A DNA stretch of 63,012 bases, filler included, from Candidatus Nanoarchaeia archaeon (GTDB lineage Archaea > Nanobdellota > Nanobdellia > Woesearchaeales > DATDTY01): the NCBI GenBank assembly GCA_035290625.1. It is 6 parts of 6 records of this genome, joined end to end, with 100 filler letters (N's around TTAATTAATTAA, not from the genome) between each part and the next. Parts side by side here need not be neighbours in the genome. Positions count along the whole stretch, not along the records: positions 1 to 15,737 come from DATDTY010000002.1; 5 more parts are not named here. One strand, written 5' to 3'. Numbering within the stretch: position 1 is the first letter of the stretch; each line of letters opens with the position of its first letter. This document shows positions 1 to 9,992 of the stretch, one piece after another. The notes under the pieces are model-generated. The model was not told the origin of the DNA and ran no database searches. It was given only the letters and a program-made list of their open reading frames with translations. The translations under genes were made by a program, and so were the position numbers.

Positions 1-122
1 TTAAGGCAAGACAGATTAAGGAAGAAAGAGTTTCTCCAAAGGCCAAGAAGCGCCTCCAGAGGGAATTCAAAGGAAAGATACGCAGCTGGCTCAGCAACCT
101 TAAGCAGATGGTTGTGTTCTGA
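1..122 (+). CDS. 3' end of a hypothetical protein (partial)
   Basis: Open frame from base 3 (KARQIKEER...KQMVVF) ending TGA at 120-122. Confidence 0.5.
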   Translation, partial: KARQIKEERVSPKAKKRLQREFKGKIRSWLSNLKQMVVF

Positions 123-173
123 GCGGTTACCTATTTCTTCACATTTCTGGCAGTGGGAAGGTGAAACCTAATC

Positions 174-370
174 GGCTTCCCTGAAAATGTAGTTGCCGTC
201 ACTTCGTGAGGCTCTTAAACTACAGGCGTGAGACTGACAAGGGGGATGTCCCTTACGGGGAATGTCAGTCCTCCACTCCTCTTTCACAGCCGAGCCGACG
301 TGCTCCGAAGGAGCGCCCGGAAATGCTTGGCATTTCCGATGGCAACCTCAAAGAGGGTTTCAGGGACGCC
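174..370 (+). mobile_element. Structured hairpin MITE-like element, copy E1
   Basis: Ends GGCTTCCCTGAAA/TTTCAGGGACGCC; inner stem GTTGCCGTC/GATGGCAAC; core GACAAGGGGGATGTCCCTTACGGGGAATGTC; no clear TSD. Confidence 0.8.
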
Positions 371-470
371 GCAAAACAGGCCAGGATTGAGGAACGTCGT
401 ACCAGTAATTATCCATCATAAAGTAATAACAATAGGAAGGTTTAAAAATGAAGAATTGCCACCCTCTCTT

Positions 471-1205
471 ATGCAAGCAGCTATGATGGCCCATGAATTA
501 GTAGTGCCCTCCAATCTCATACACCTAAAAAGGTACATCATACATCTAAAAAAGCACAGAGTTACCTATTGTTATAAAGCAACGCGGTTAGATGTTCAGG
601 AAACGGGTTTTGCGGCTTGCGGCCTTGAAATGATTTCACCGGCGCAGCTTGGTTTTCTTCGGGCAAAACGATTGGAAGCATTTGAACATTATAGCAAGAC
701 GAATGCAGATGTTTTTTATGAGGATAGGGGAAATTCACAAGTTATTATCGTTCCGAGCGGGATACTAAGCAAGCGCATGGGGTTAAGTGATTTGGCCGCA
801 GCCTATAGCCGAGGTCAAGAGTATTTTATCCCTCCTTCTCAAAGAGATTGGGTTTATGCCGTGGTTGATGAAATGCTAAGCAAAGGAACGGCATTCACTG
901 CCAGGCATGGAAAAATAAATATCCCAATTTCTGAATTTGGGCAGATTGAATTAACCTCTAAGTTGTTTTCTGATGAAATCTTAGGAATCGAAGCCCAGGA
1001 GTATGGCGATTTCCTGGATACCCAATGTGAAAAAGTCCAATCACTCTTCTTTGATCCTAAGGATTATGCTAAATCGCAAAAAGGCCCCTATCTGAATAGG
1101 TTGCGTATCTACGGCCCTGGCGGCGGCTTCGATGTCCTTGGCGACGGCGGACTCCTGAAAGACAGTTGCGGCGCTTTCGCGGTGCGTTTTGACAGAGCCG
1201 CCTAA
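471..1205 (+). CDS. Hypothetical protein with DGR variable-repeat-like C-terminus (putative DGR target)
   Basis: TTTAAAAA at 441 suits ATG 471 (the ORF-track extension to 228 runs through E1); GC-rich NNC/NNT-codon tail ending ...GAFAVRF; GC hairpin over the stop. Confidence 0.65.
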   Translation: MQAAMMAHELVVPSNLIHLKRYIIHLKKHRVTYCYKATRLDVQETGFAACGLEMISPAQLGFLRAKRLEAFEHYSKTNADVFYEDRGNSQVIIVPSGILSKRMGLSDLAAAYSRGQEYFIPPSQRDWVYAVVDEMLSKGTAFTARHGKINIPISEFGQIELTSKLFSDEILGIEAQEYGDFLDTQCEKVQSLFFDPKDYAKSQKGPYLNRLRIYGPGGGFDVLGDGGLLKDSCGAFAVRFDRAA

Positions 1206-1307
1206 GGCCGGCAGAAAAAGTAGAAAGCATTCTCACCGTATTTCTTAAGCTTCTTATGCTCTTTGTATCCCTACCCTTTTATAAATCGGTGCATCTCCTT
1301 TTCTGCT

Positions 1308-3884
1308 ATGATCACTCTCAAGAAAGAGCCTGGAACCTCTGCTGAGCTTGAAACAATCCTGCGCCCTCTTATCAAGCAGTGGTTTTTCAAGAAATTCCCC
1401 TCCTTCAGCCTGCCCCAGCTCTATGCTGTAACTGAGATCCACTCGAGAAAGAACATCCTGGTATCAGCTCCTACAGGCGCTACCAAGACCTTGACAGGAT
1501 TCCTGAGCATCCTGAACGAGCTTGTCGATGCCTCTCAGAAAGGGATCCTGGAGGATCGCATCTACTGCGTCTACATCTCTCCTCTGAAAGCGTTGAATAA
1601 CGACATTCACAAGAACCTCATTGAGCCGCTTGTTGATATGGAAGCCTTGAACGGAAAAGCCTTAGGAATACGAGTTGCTGTCAGGACAGGAGACACAACA
1701 GCTTCTGAAAAATCCGCCATGCTGAAAAAGCCCCCTCATATCCTGATCACAACCCCCGAGAGCCTTGCAATCATCCTCTCCTCGATAAAATTTAAGAATT
1801 TCCTGAACGGTGTTGAATGGTGCATCGTTGATGAAGTGCATGCGCTCGCTGAGAACAAGAGGGGCGTTCATTTAAGCCTGAGCCTGGAGCGTCTTGGCAA
1901 GATGAGTTCCCATATGACAAGGATAGGCCTGAGCGCGACCATCTCTCCTCTGGAAGAGGTTGCCAAGTTCCTTGTTGGCTATGAGAACGGAAAAGAACGC
2001 GATTGTTTGATTGTGGATGTGCAGTTCATCAAGGAATTGGACCTCAAGGTGATGTGCCCTGTTCCTGATCTCATCAACGTTGAGGCTGAAGAAAGGCACC
2101 AGAAGATGTACGAGCTCATTGACGAGCTTGTCCAGAGCCATACCTCAACTCTTATCTTCACAAACACGAGAAGCGCAACTGAGAGGGTTGTTGATTATCT
2201 GAAAGAGAAGTTCCCAAAGAATTACACTGAGAACATCGGAGCACACCATGGAAGCCTTTCAAAGGAGCACCGCTTTGCCATAGAGAATAAGCTGCGGCAG
2301 GGAAAACTCAAGGTTGTTGTCTCTTCAACATCCCTTGAGCTGGGGATTGACATAGGCTATATAGACCTCGTTATCCTCCTTGGAAGCCCCAAGTCTGTCG
2401 CACGATGCCTCCAAAGAATCGGAAGGTCTGGCCACAGGCTGCATGAAAAGGCAAAGGGAAGGATCATAGTGATGGACAGGGATGACCTGGTTGAGTGCAG
2501 CGTCCTCCTCAAGGCAGCCATGGAGAAGAAGATTGACAGGATCCATATTCCAACAAACTGCCTTGATGTGCTGAGCCAGCAGATTATAGGGATAGCTGTT
2601 GACTCAAGAACCAGGATTGAGGATCTCTACAGCCTTGTTACTTCTTCCTACTGCTACCACGGCCTTAAGAAAAAGGAGTTTCACGAAGTCCTCGATTATC
2701 TTGCCGGAAAGTACGTTGACCTTGAAGACAGGAATATCTATGCCAAGATCTGGGTTGATGAAGAGGCAGGGGAGATAGGAAAGCGCGGAAAGCTCGGCAG
2801 GGTCATCTATATGACCAATATCGGCACAATCCCTGACGAGACCTTCATCACTGTAAAGATCGGCGAGCAGAGCATCGGCAGGCTTGATGAGGGATTCCTT
2901 GAGAAGCTGAAGAGGGGAGACGTCTTTGTCCTTGGAGGAAACACCTATGAGTTCCTTTTCAGCAGGGGCATGGTGGCTCAGGTAAAGGCAAGCGCAAACA
3001 GGCCTCCCACAGTGCCTTCCTGGTTCAGTGAGATGCTGCCCTTGAGTTTTGACCTGAGCATTGAGATCGGAAAGTTCAGGAGGTATATGGATGATCTGTT
3101 TACAAAGAAGAAGTCAAAGGAAGAGATTCTGACCTTTATCAACACCTATCTCTATGTTGATGCGAACGCTGCTGAGGCATTGTACTGCTATTTTGAGGAG
3201 CAGTTCCGCTACTGCCAGATCCCCTCAGACAAGAAGATCCTGGTTGAATCCTATTCCACAGGCAAGCAGACAATGGTCATCTTCCATACACTCTTTGGAA
3301 GAAGGGTGAATGATGTCTTAAGCAGATGTGTTGCGTTTGCAATCTCGCGGACTGAGCATAAGGATGTCGAGATTGGCATAAATGACAATGGCTTTTATAT
3401 CACTTCTGGCAGGAAGATTAATCCTGTCCGGGCATTCGGGATGCTGAAGAGCAAGGACTTGAGGAAGATCGCCGAGCTTGCCATTGATAAGACAGAGGTG
3501 ATGAAGCGGAGATTCCGCCACTGCGCAACAAGAGCATTGATGATACTCAGGAACTACAAAGGAAGAACGAAGCGTGTTGGCAGGCAGCAGGTCAGCTCCA
3601 TGATCCTGATGACTGCGCTCAGGAGAATCTCTGAGGACTTCTCGATTCTGAAGGAGGCGCGGCGTGAAGTGCTTGAAGATCTGATGGACATCGGGCATGC
3701 AGAGGAAGTGATGAGGCGTATTGAGGAAAAGAAGATTTCGCTGAAAGAGGTCACCACCCAGAGCCCATCCCCCTTCTCTTTTAACCTTGTTGCACAGGGC
3801 TACCTTGATATCCTGAAGATGGAGGACAGGATAGCATTTTTGAAGAGGATGCATGAAGTGGTGATGCAGAAGATACAGAAATAG
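1308..3884 (+). CDS. lhr: Lhr-family ATP-dependent SF2 helicase
   Basis: APTGATKT (Walker A variant), ISPLKALNNDI, RTGDT, TTPESL, DEVH, LSAT, HHGSLS, SLELGIDIG, QRIGRSGH. Confidence 0.95.
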   Translation: MITLKKEPGTSAELETILRPLIKQWFFKKFPSFSLPQLYAVTEIHSRKNILVSAPTGATKTLTGFLSILNELVDASQKGILEDRIYCVYISPLKALNNDIHKNLIEPLVDMEALNGKALGIRVAVRTGDTTASEKSAMLKKPPHILITTPESLAIILSSIKFKNFLNGVEWCIVDEVHALAENKRGVHLSLSLERLGKMSSHMTRIGLSATISPLEEVAKFLVGYENGKERDCLIVDVQFIKELDLKVMCPVPDLINVEAEERHQKMYELIDELVQSHTSTLIFTNTRSATERVVDYLKEKFPKNYTENIGAHHGSLSKEHRFAIENKLRQGKLKVVVSSTSLELGIDIGYIDLVILLGSPKSVARCLQRIGRSGHRLHEKAKGRIIVMDRDDLVECSVLLKAAMEKKIDRIHIPTNCLDVLSQQIIGIAVDSRTRIEDLYSLVTSSYCYHGLKKKEFHEVLDYLAGKYVDLEDRNIYAKIWVDEEAGEIGKRGKLGRVIYMTNIGTIPDETFITVKIGEQSIGRLDEGFLEKLKRGDVFVLGGNTYEFLFSRGMVAQVKASANRPPTVPSWFSEMLPLSFDLSIEIGKFRRYMDDLFTKKKSKEEILTFINTYLYVDANAAEALYCYFEEQFRYCQIPSDKKILVESYSTGKQTMVIFHTLFGRRVNDVLSRCVAFAISRTEHKDVEIGINDNGFYITSGRKINPVRAFGMLKSKDLRKIAELAIDKTEVMKRRFRHCATRALMILRNYKGRTKRVGRQQVSSMILMTALRRISEDFSILKEARREVLEDLMDIGHAEEVMRRIEEKKISLKEVTTQSPSPFSFNLVAQGYLDILKMEDRIAFLKRMHEVVMQKIQK

Positions 3885-3974
3885 TTTCTTACGGCTGCCA
3901 AAACACACATCTTCTATCAGGATACAAAAATGCCTATCGCAACATTAATATAGCCCTTAGTGCTCCATCACATC

Positions 3975-4049
3975 ATGAAGCAGGAAACAGTTACAATAAG
4001 CAAAAAAGAATACGAAGAGCTTTTGGAAGAGGTAGGAATTCTCCGCTAG
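3975..4049 (+). pseudogene. Short ORF resembling the N-terminus of an archaeal antitoxin, truncated
   Basis: MKQETVTISKKEYEELLEEVGILR*, TATA-like TTAATATA upstream, stop overlaps the stop of the convergent radical SAM gene. Confidence 0.4.
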
Positions 4050-5053
4050 TCTTTGACTATGGGCACGTGGGCCAAATTCTGCAAATATTCTTGAAATGAA
4101 GGCATCCTCACCAAACACGGAGCAGTTCCGTGCTTTTTATAGTGCTCTTGTTCTCTGGCGTTTTTGTATTCGAAAGCTTTCTTTAATGGTGTTTCCTTTA
4201 TGTTGCCCAGTAAATCATTGGTAAGTTGAGTATAGGCGCAGGTCATGTAGTGGCCATACGGCCCTATTGCAACGCCATTGGACGAATACCCACACAAACC
4301 GGCGGAATCTAAAGTTAGCGGCCCCCCTGACTCGGACACGCTTCGTATTAATGGAGCATAATCTTCAATCCTGCTCATTGGATTGACAAGGCCTTCCCAA
4401 TTATCCACAGCATTTCCCAGCCGTGCAAGCGGATTGCAGATAAAGTAGATATCTTCTGCGCAAAACTCCTTTATTGCATGCACTTCATCGTTGTTTACAC
4501 TGGAGACTGTTGTGTTAATGGCTGTGCTAAGCACAGTGAGGTCATCTAGCGTTTCAATTCTTCCACGGTAAATCTCTCTAAGAATCTGGATGTTGGCGAG
4601 CACCTGCTGGAGCTGATTCTTCGTTCCTGTTAGATAGTCATATCGCTTATTTTGCAGCGAATCAAGTGAAAGGACAAGCACAGAATTATTCTTGGCGTAG
4701 AATTCTATAACCTCCCTGTGGAGTGCTCGCCCGTTGCTATACACAACAGGGATCATGCTGCTGGAATTAATCTCCGTAACCAGTGTTCGGATATCCTTAT
4801 GAATTGTCGGCTCGCCCTCGCCCGCAATAACAACTACTTTTCCACCTAGCTCCTGAGCTTGGCCAATCAAGTCCAGCCTGTCTTGCAATGTCAGCATCTG
4901 TTCAGGGGGGTATTTTTGTTTGGCAGCCCCCATATTAAAACACTTAGGGCACTTATAGTTGCAGGTAAATTCCAGATTAAGCATTAAATAGGTAAATCCG
5001 TGCAGTTGCCCTGCCTTAGAGAGATGTTTGGGCGTCCCCTTTACTGCCCTCAT
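4046..5053 (-). CDS. Radical SAM protein (MoaA/PqqE-like, possible C-terminal Cys-rich domain)
   Basis: CNYKCPKC motif, GEGEPT, SLDS, C-terminal Cys residues. Confidence 0.9.
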   Translation of the reverse strand: MRAVKGTPKHLSKAGQLHGFTYLMLNLEFTCNYKCPKCFNMGAAKQKYPPEQMLTLQDRLDLIGQAQELGGKVVVIAGEGEPTIHKDIRTLVTEINSSSMIPVVYSNGRALHREVIEFYAKNNSVLVLSLDSLQNKRYDYLTGTKNQLQQVLANIQILREIYRGRIETLDDLTVLSTAINTTVSSVNNDEVHAIKEFCAEDIYFICNPLARLGNAVDNWEGLVNPMSRIEDYAPLIRSVSESGGPLTLDSAGLCGYSSNGVAIGPYGHYMTCAYTQLTNDLLGNIKETPLKKAFEYKNAREQEHYKKHGTAPCLVRMPSFQEYLQNLAHVPIVKD

Positions 5054-6042
5054 CTCCTCCCCTCAGGGATTACCGTGATGATAACCCCGCTTTTGATTTT
5101 CTTTCGCAGTTTTTGACTCGCAACAAAATTTGCGGTGGCGGAGTCTCCAAATCCTGTGCATAGAGGATGTTCATTTCTATATCCCTCTATTTCTGCCCTA
5201 TCGATGGAGAATATGTCATCTATAGTTGAAACGTTATCTTCATACACTCGGGGATTGCTTGTACTATCCAGGTGCCGAACTCCGCGTATTGAATGAGCTT
5301 CTGCTGACTCAACACCTATCACCTTCGCCCCTAACTCTTCTTTTAAGCGTTTCCCAACTCCGATGACAGTACCACCGCTGCCAACCCCGGCAACAAAATA
5401 TGCCTGCTTGCCTTTACTGTCCGGTAGCTGGTCAAGGATTTCTTCAGCTGTAAACTCATAGTGGACCCTCCAATTTAATGGATTGCTGTACTGATCAAGA
5501 TAAAGATATTTTGGATGCTCTCCTGCCCACTTCTTGCATTGTTCCCGAGCTGCGTCGGAATTAGGGATTCCAGCCCAAAAAACATTACCAGTAAAGCAAT
5601 GATATATTGGCGTCTGCTCCACACGCCGCAAAAATGTGGGATGAAAGGATTCTGGTATAAAGAGGGTAACCTCCATATCTAATTTATTTGCGAAATAGAC
5701 TAATGATAAGGCATAATTACCTGAACTTGCATCGGCGACTCTATCTCTCCCCGCCAAAAAGGCATTAGCCAGAAGATAAAGTGCTGGCCGGTCTTTTATT
5801 GAGCGAGTTGGTGCATGCGACTCGTCCTTGGCAAAAAGCTGGACATCTGAGCCTGAAAACAATTCGGAATAGTCTATGAGGGGACTATTCCAATATCCGA
5901 GCATCGTACACTTCCACAGGTTATACTGCTTCGCTAGCTGTACATATAATGAATTAAGCGTGTCTATTTGCGGCTCCTGAACTACCTGCTTATGCAGTCT
6001 ACTCACGTTTTCCATCCTTACTCCCACGAAAAGATCTTGCAT
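5050..6042 (-). CDS. PLP-dependent cysteine synthase-family (fold type II) enzyme
   Basis: SIKDRPA (PLP lysine), ASSGNYA, DQYSNPLN, GVGSGGT; 4-bp overlap with the radical SAM gene. Confidence 0.88.
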   Translation of the reverse strand: MQDLFVGVRMENVSRLHKQVVQEPQIDTLNSLYVQLAKQYNLWKCTMLGYWNSPLIDYSELFSGSDVQLFAKDESHAPTRSIKDRPALYLLANAFLAGRDRVADASSGNYALSLVYFANKLDMEVTLFIPESFHPTFLRRVEQTPIYHCFTGNVFWAGIPNSDAAREQCKKWAGEHPKYLYLDQYSNPLNWRVHYEFTAEEILDQLPDSKGKQAYFVAGVGSGGTVIGVGKRLKEELGAKVIGVESAEAHSIRGVRHLDSTSNPRVYEDNVSTIDDIFSIDRAEIEGYRNEHPLCTGFGDSATANFVASQKLRKKIKSGVIITVIPEGRR

Positions 6043-6137
6043 TGCTTCTTTACTAGTGAATACAAGGAGTATTATGAATATTTGTAGTATCCTATCACTA
6101 CCACAATCTTTATATACCCAACAGCCCTTCTCATGGT

Positions 6138-6869
6138 ATGAACACCACCCTCCTCAAAGACATCGGATTGACAGATACCGAGATCAAGATCTACCTCGCC
6201 CTGCTCAGCTTGGGAGCAACGCCTGCTGGCAGGATTGTCGAGCAGACAGGAGTCTACAGGAAAAACCTTTACGACGCCTTAAACAAGCTTGTTGAAAAAG
6301 GCCTTGTGAGTTATGTTATTGAACATAAGAAGAAATTCTTCCAGGCAAAAAACCCGGAGAATCTGGAAAAATATCTTGATGAAAAAAAAGCCAGAATCGA
6401 GGAGCAAAAGCAGGAAATCCAAACCACGATTTCTGAGATGAAAGCGCTTTTTGGCCAAGCTCCTGCCGAAATAGAATCAGAAATCTACCGCGGAACAGAA
6501 GGGATCAAGACAATCCTGAAGGAATGCCTCAACTGCAAAGAAGTCCTCTTCATCGGAGCAACAGGGGATGTTGAGAGCAGGCTTCCCTATTTCTGGCCTC
6601 ACTATAATAAAAAGAGGGAGAAGCTGAAATGCAAATGGAGATTGCTTCTTGTATACGAATCGAGAAACAGGCCAATAACAAAATCCAGATATTATGAATA
6701 CAAGATTTTGCCAAAAATACTAAGCGGCCTGAATGTTATCTATATTTACGGAGACTCTGTTGCAAACGTGCTCTGGCTTGAAAAGCCAGTCGCTTTTGTC
6801 ATAAAGCATAAATCATTATCGCAGAACTACAAAAAATATTTCGAGTATTTGTGGAAGAGCGTCCACTAA
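6138..6869 (+). CDS. TrmB-family transcriptional regulator
   Basis: GLTDTEIKIYLALL...YDALNKLVEKGLV winged HTH; divergent from the PLP/rSAM operon. Confidence 0.9.
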   Translation: MNTTLLKDIGLTDTEIKIYLALLSLGATPAGRIVEQTGVYRKNLYDALNKLVEKGLVSYVIEHKKKFFQAKNPENLEKYLDEKKARIEEQKQEIQTTISEMKALFGQAPAEIESEIYRGTEGIKTILKECLNCKEVLFIGATGDVESRLPYFWPHYNKKREKLKCKWRLLLVYESRNRPITKSRYYEYKILPKILSGLNVIYIYGDSVANVLWLEKPVAFVIKHKSLSQNYKKYFEYLWKSVH

Positions 6870-6913
6870 TAAAGAAGTCTTATGCCAGAACAACCACCAC
6901 TCCATGTAAAGAA

Positions 6914-7204
6914 TCAGCCCTGCGCTCCTAAAGCTTCCTTAACCCGAGCGACATCCTCATCACTCATCGGCTTCGGGGAAAGGTGCGTCTTGTCCTTGTA
7001 TGCCTCCGGCACTCCAGCATCAAGTATGTAGGGTTCCTTGAAGAGCACAGCTGATCTCTCCATCTCTGCAACGAGGGTATCTGCGTCGTTTGCAGTAAAG
7101 GTGAGGCTTCCAGCACCATTTTTCCCTTTCCTATCCCATTCCCTGTAAAAGCTAGGGCAGTCCTTTGCGTCATGCAATACGGTATACAGTAATGTATTTC
7201 CCAT
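6914..7204 (-). CDS. Hypothetical protein
   Basis: ORF; likely start MGNTLLY at 7204 with TATA-like site at about 7230; the longer ORF-track start lies inside E2. Confidence 0.55.
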   Translation of the reverse strand: MGNTLLYTVLHDAKDCPSFYREWDRKGKNGAGSLTFTANDADTLVAEMERSAVLFKEPYILDAGVPEAYKDKTHLSPKPMSDEDVARVKEALGAQG

Positions 7205-7252
7205 CAACTGCCTGAGAAACCGGATAAGAATATAAGCATTTCTCTTTTTTGG

Positions 7253-7416
7253 TGCTCCATCCAAAAAACCTCCTTTCAGTCGGGTTGCCATCAGCTCGCC
7301 TGCTTGTTGTAGGGTAAAGGTTGACATCCCCGTAGGGACATCCCCCTGTCAACAGCATTCGTTTACCAGCAGAGGCTCGCAAAATAGATGGCAACCTTCA
7401 TTTTTTGGATGGAGCT
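7253..7416 (-). mobile_element. Structured hairpin MITE-like element, copy E2
   Basis: 15-bp IR GCTCCATCCAAAAAA/TTTTTTGGATGGAGC; GGTTGCCATC/GATGGCAACC; core on + strand TTGACATCCCCGTAGGGACATCCCCCTGTCAA; only a degenerate T-rich TSD. Confidence 0.8.
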
Positions 7417-7472
7417 TCTTTTTGCGTTTATTTTCCAAAGGATTATTATACAGAAGGCGGCTTCAATGCACC

Positions 7473-8213
7473 ATGCATCTCGCCTCAAACATCTCAGCCC
7501 ATGACCTCATCATTCTCGCAGGCAGCACTCTCATCATTTCAGACATCCATATAGGGTATGAGGAATCATTGAACAGGCAGGGCGTTTTAGTCCCCCGCAT
7601 CTTTTTCAGGGAAACCATGAAGCGCCTGGAAAAAGCCATTGAAACCATTAAAAAAAACAAAAAAATAAAAAAGTTTGATGCAGTGATATTAAACGGAGAC
7701 CTAAAGGACGAATTTGGCAGGATTTCGGAGACAGAATGGAGGCACTGCCTGCGTTTTTTTGATTACCTTGCCTCGCTTTCTAAGAAAATCGTTATTGTGA
7801 AGGGCAATCACGATGCTGCTGTTCAGCCATTGGCAAGGAAGCTGAATGTTGAGCTTCTGGATTCCTTTTCATTCTCCCTTGGGAAGAAACACATCCTGGT
7901 CACTCACGGAGACGCCTTGCCTGGCCTCCCCTGCCTCAAGAAGTGTGATACACTCATCATTGGCCACATCCATCCTGCGGTGAAGATCAGGGATGCAGTG
8001 AGGTCAGAGACCTTCAAGTGCTACCTTGTAGGCAAATTCAGGAGCAAAACCCTTATCGTCCAGCCCTCATCGAACGTCGCCACAGAAGGAAGCAATGTCT
8101 TAAAGGAACACAGCAAGAGCCCTTTTCTTACCGATGCTTTTTTAAGGAGTTGTGACGTCTATGTTGTTGGAGACAAAATCCTTCCTTTTGGAAAGCTGAG
8201 GCGATTGCAATGA
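7473..8213 (+). CDS. Metallophosphoesterase (Lhr/ligase-associated type)
   Basis: SDIHIG, NGDLK, GNHD, THGD, GHIHP motifs. Confidence 0.9.
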   Translation: MHLASNISAHDLIILAGSTLIISDIHIGYEESLNRQGVLVPRIFFRETMKRLEKAIETIKKNKKIKKFDAVILNGDLKDEFGRISETEWRHCLRFFDYLASLSKKIVIVKGNHDAAVQPLARKLNVELLDSFSFSLGKKHILVTHGDALPGLPCLKKCDTLIIGHIHPAVKIRDAVRSETFKCYLVGKFRSKTLIVQPSSNVATEGSNVLKEHSKSPFLTDAFLRSCDVYVVGDKILPFGKLRRLQ

Positions 8214-8671
8214 AGTTTGGCTATGATATGCAAACAAGGGAACCCGGCGAGCTGAATCTGCTCCCTCTTGACTATCTCCTCAGGCAGAGGGACAGGCCAG
8301 TGGAGAAAGATAGTCCTTTCAGGCAAGAGCATTCTGAAGATTCCGGCTATTTTGCCCCTCACCTCGATTACATGGTCCAGAGGCTCTTGCTCATCCAGGA
8401 TCATACCATGAAAGCCTTGCGGAAGAAAAGCAGGTTTGAGCCCCCTTCCCGAACTCCAGGATTCTATGGAAGGACATGGCTTGGCTGGGATGAGATGGAG
8501 ATAAGGACAGGACTCGAGCCTTCCTTCTCCCACGAAGTGCAAACACATGAGAGCATCCACACAACAGATGAACACGAAACACGACAGCTGACTGCGTGGA
8601 TGCTGGAGGTCTCCTTCAAATACGCGTGGGGGAACCGCAACAGGATGATCAATTACGATGAGAGGTATTAG
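8210..8671 (+). CDS. Hypothetical protein
   Basis: 153-aa ORF with ATGA overlap to the upstream stop. Confidence 0.6.
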   Translation: MKFGYDMQTREPGELNLLPLDYLLRQRDRPVEKDSPFRQEHSEDSGYFAPHLDYMVQRLLLIQDHTMKALRKKSRFEPPSRTPGFYGRTWLGWDEMEIRTGLEPSFSHEVQTHESIHTTDEHETRQLTAWMLEVSFKYAWGNRNRMINYDERY

Positions 8672-8689
8672 GATCAGTACTCTCAAACT

Positions 8690-8846
8690 GGCTCATTGAA
8701 AAGCTTCGCTCCGATGGTGGCAGGTTCGCCCAGCGATGTTTTACTGCTAAGCGACATATCCCCGAATGGGACGACCCCCTTGTCGTTGTTGTGTCCTTGG
8801 CTTCAGGGGCTCACAAATGGCCGCCATCGCCATCTTCTACCGAGCT
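8690..8846 (-). mobile_element. Structured hairpin MITE-like element, copy E3
   Basis: Degenerate end IR; CGATGGTGGC/GCCGCCATCG; core GCGACATATCCCCGAATGGGACGACCCCCTTGTCG; flanks TCTCAAACT/TCTCAAAGC. Confidence 0.75.
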
Positions 8847-8891
8847 TCTCAAAGCAAGAATTTAAATAGCAGTACTGGCAAATCTTCGTCC

Positions 8892-9992
8892 ATGGACCAC
8901 ACAGAGGAAGCATATCATCAGGCAGTCGAAGTCCTCCGTCTCTGCGCCACAAAACATGGCTTTTATGCATCTCATCCTGGCTATGATGCAGTGTGGGCAA
9001 GGGACAGCATGATCACCTCGATTGGAGCCAGCCTGGTGGATGATGCCAAACTGAAAAATGCCTTTAAGCAATCGCTCCTCTTGCTTGCTAAGCATCAAAG
9101 CCCAGCTGGAGAAATTCCGAACGCTGTTGACATCTTCAGCAGGCGAAAGCCCCATGTGGACTTTTCCTCGATTGACTCAAGCCTCTGGTACATCATTGGC
9201 CACTTTATCTACCAGCAGCGGTATGGTGACAGCTCACTCATAAAAGCTGAGGCTAACTCCATTGAAAGAGCCCTGAACTGGCTTCGCTGCCAGGAAACAG
9301 GGAAAAACCACATGCTCGGCCAGCTTCCTACAACAGACTGGCAGGATGCGTTTCCGCACCGTTATGGCCATACCATAAATTCCATGGCGCTCTATTACAA
9401 AGTGCTCAACCTTGTGCAGCAGAGGAAGAGCGCCGGAATCCTCCAGCAGTCTTCCAACCACGATCCCGATGCAAGGCTGTGGAACGCCAGCTACTACCTT
9501 GCCTGGAGATGGAAGAACCACGGCTCATACAAGGAGAGAGGAGACTGGTTTGATTCCCTGGGCAATATCCTTGCAGTCCTTTTTGGACTTGCGGCTGAGC
9601 CTATGGCAAAGCGCATCCTCCGCCATATCAGGCAGCAGAGAATCAGCAAGCCCTACCCGATAAAATCCATCTATCCTCCAATCAGGAGAGGAACAAAAGA
9701 CTGGCAGGATTATTTTGATGATTGCGATGCCGGAACTCCCTATCATTACCTCAATGCAGGCATCTGGACATACATCGGCGGGCTGTATGTCACAGCTCTT
9801 GTGAAGATGAATCAGATGAATGAGGCCAGGAAGCAGCTTGCCAGTCTGGCTGAGGCAAATACGATCTCAAACTTCAGCGAATGGCTGGATGGAAATACCG
9901 GGAAGCCGTCGCGGGGAAGAAACCAGGCCTGGAATGCAGGGATGTACATCCTTGCCTATCACTCGGTCAAAGCGGGGAGAAGTCTGATATAA
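8892..9992 (+). CDS. Six-hairpin glycoside hydrolase (GH100 invertase / amylo-alpha-1,6-glucosidase-like)
   Basis: YDAVWARDS, SIDSSLW, YLNAGIW, FSEWLDG, QAWNAG; TATA at 8861. Confidence 0.85.
   Translation: MDHTEEAYHQAVEVLRLCATKHGFYASHPGYDAVWARDSMITSIGASLVDDAKLKNAFKQSLLLLAKHQSPAGEIPNAVDIFSRRKPHVDFSSIDSSLWYIIGHFIYQQRYGDSSLIKAEANSIERALNWLRCQETGKNHMLGQLPTTDWQDAFPHRYGHTINSMALYYKVLNLVQQRKSAGILQQSSNHDPDARLWNASYYLAWRWKNHGSYKERGDWFDSLGNILAVLFGLAAEPMAKRILRHIRQQRISKPYPIKSIYPPIRRGTKDWQDYFDDCDAGTPYHYLNAGIWTYIGGLYVTALVKMNQMNEARKQLASLAEANTISNFSEWLDGNTGKPSRGRNQAWNAGMYILAYHSVKAGRSLI

Noticed and set aside
206..421. ORF-track ORFs and N-terminal extensions over elements (206-421, 15381-15677, 56505-56750; starts at 228, 7327, 8766, 12808)
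   Set aside because: Chance open frames in GC-rich palindromes; TATA positions support downstream starts.
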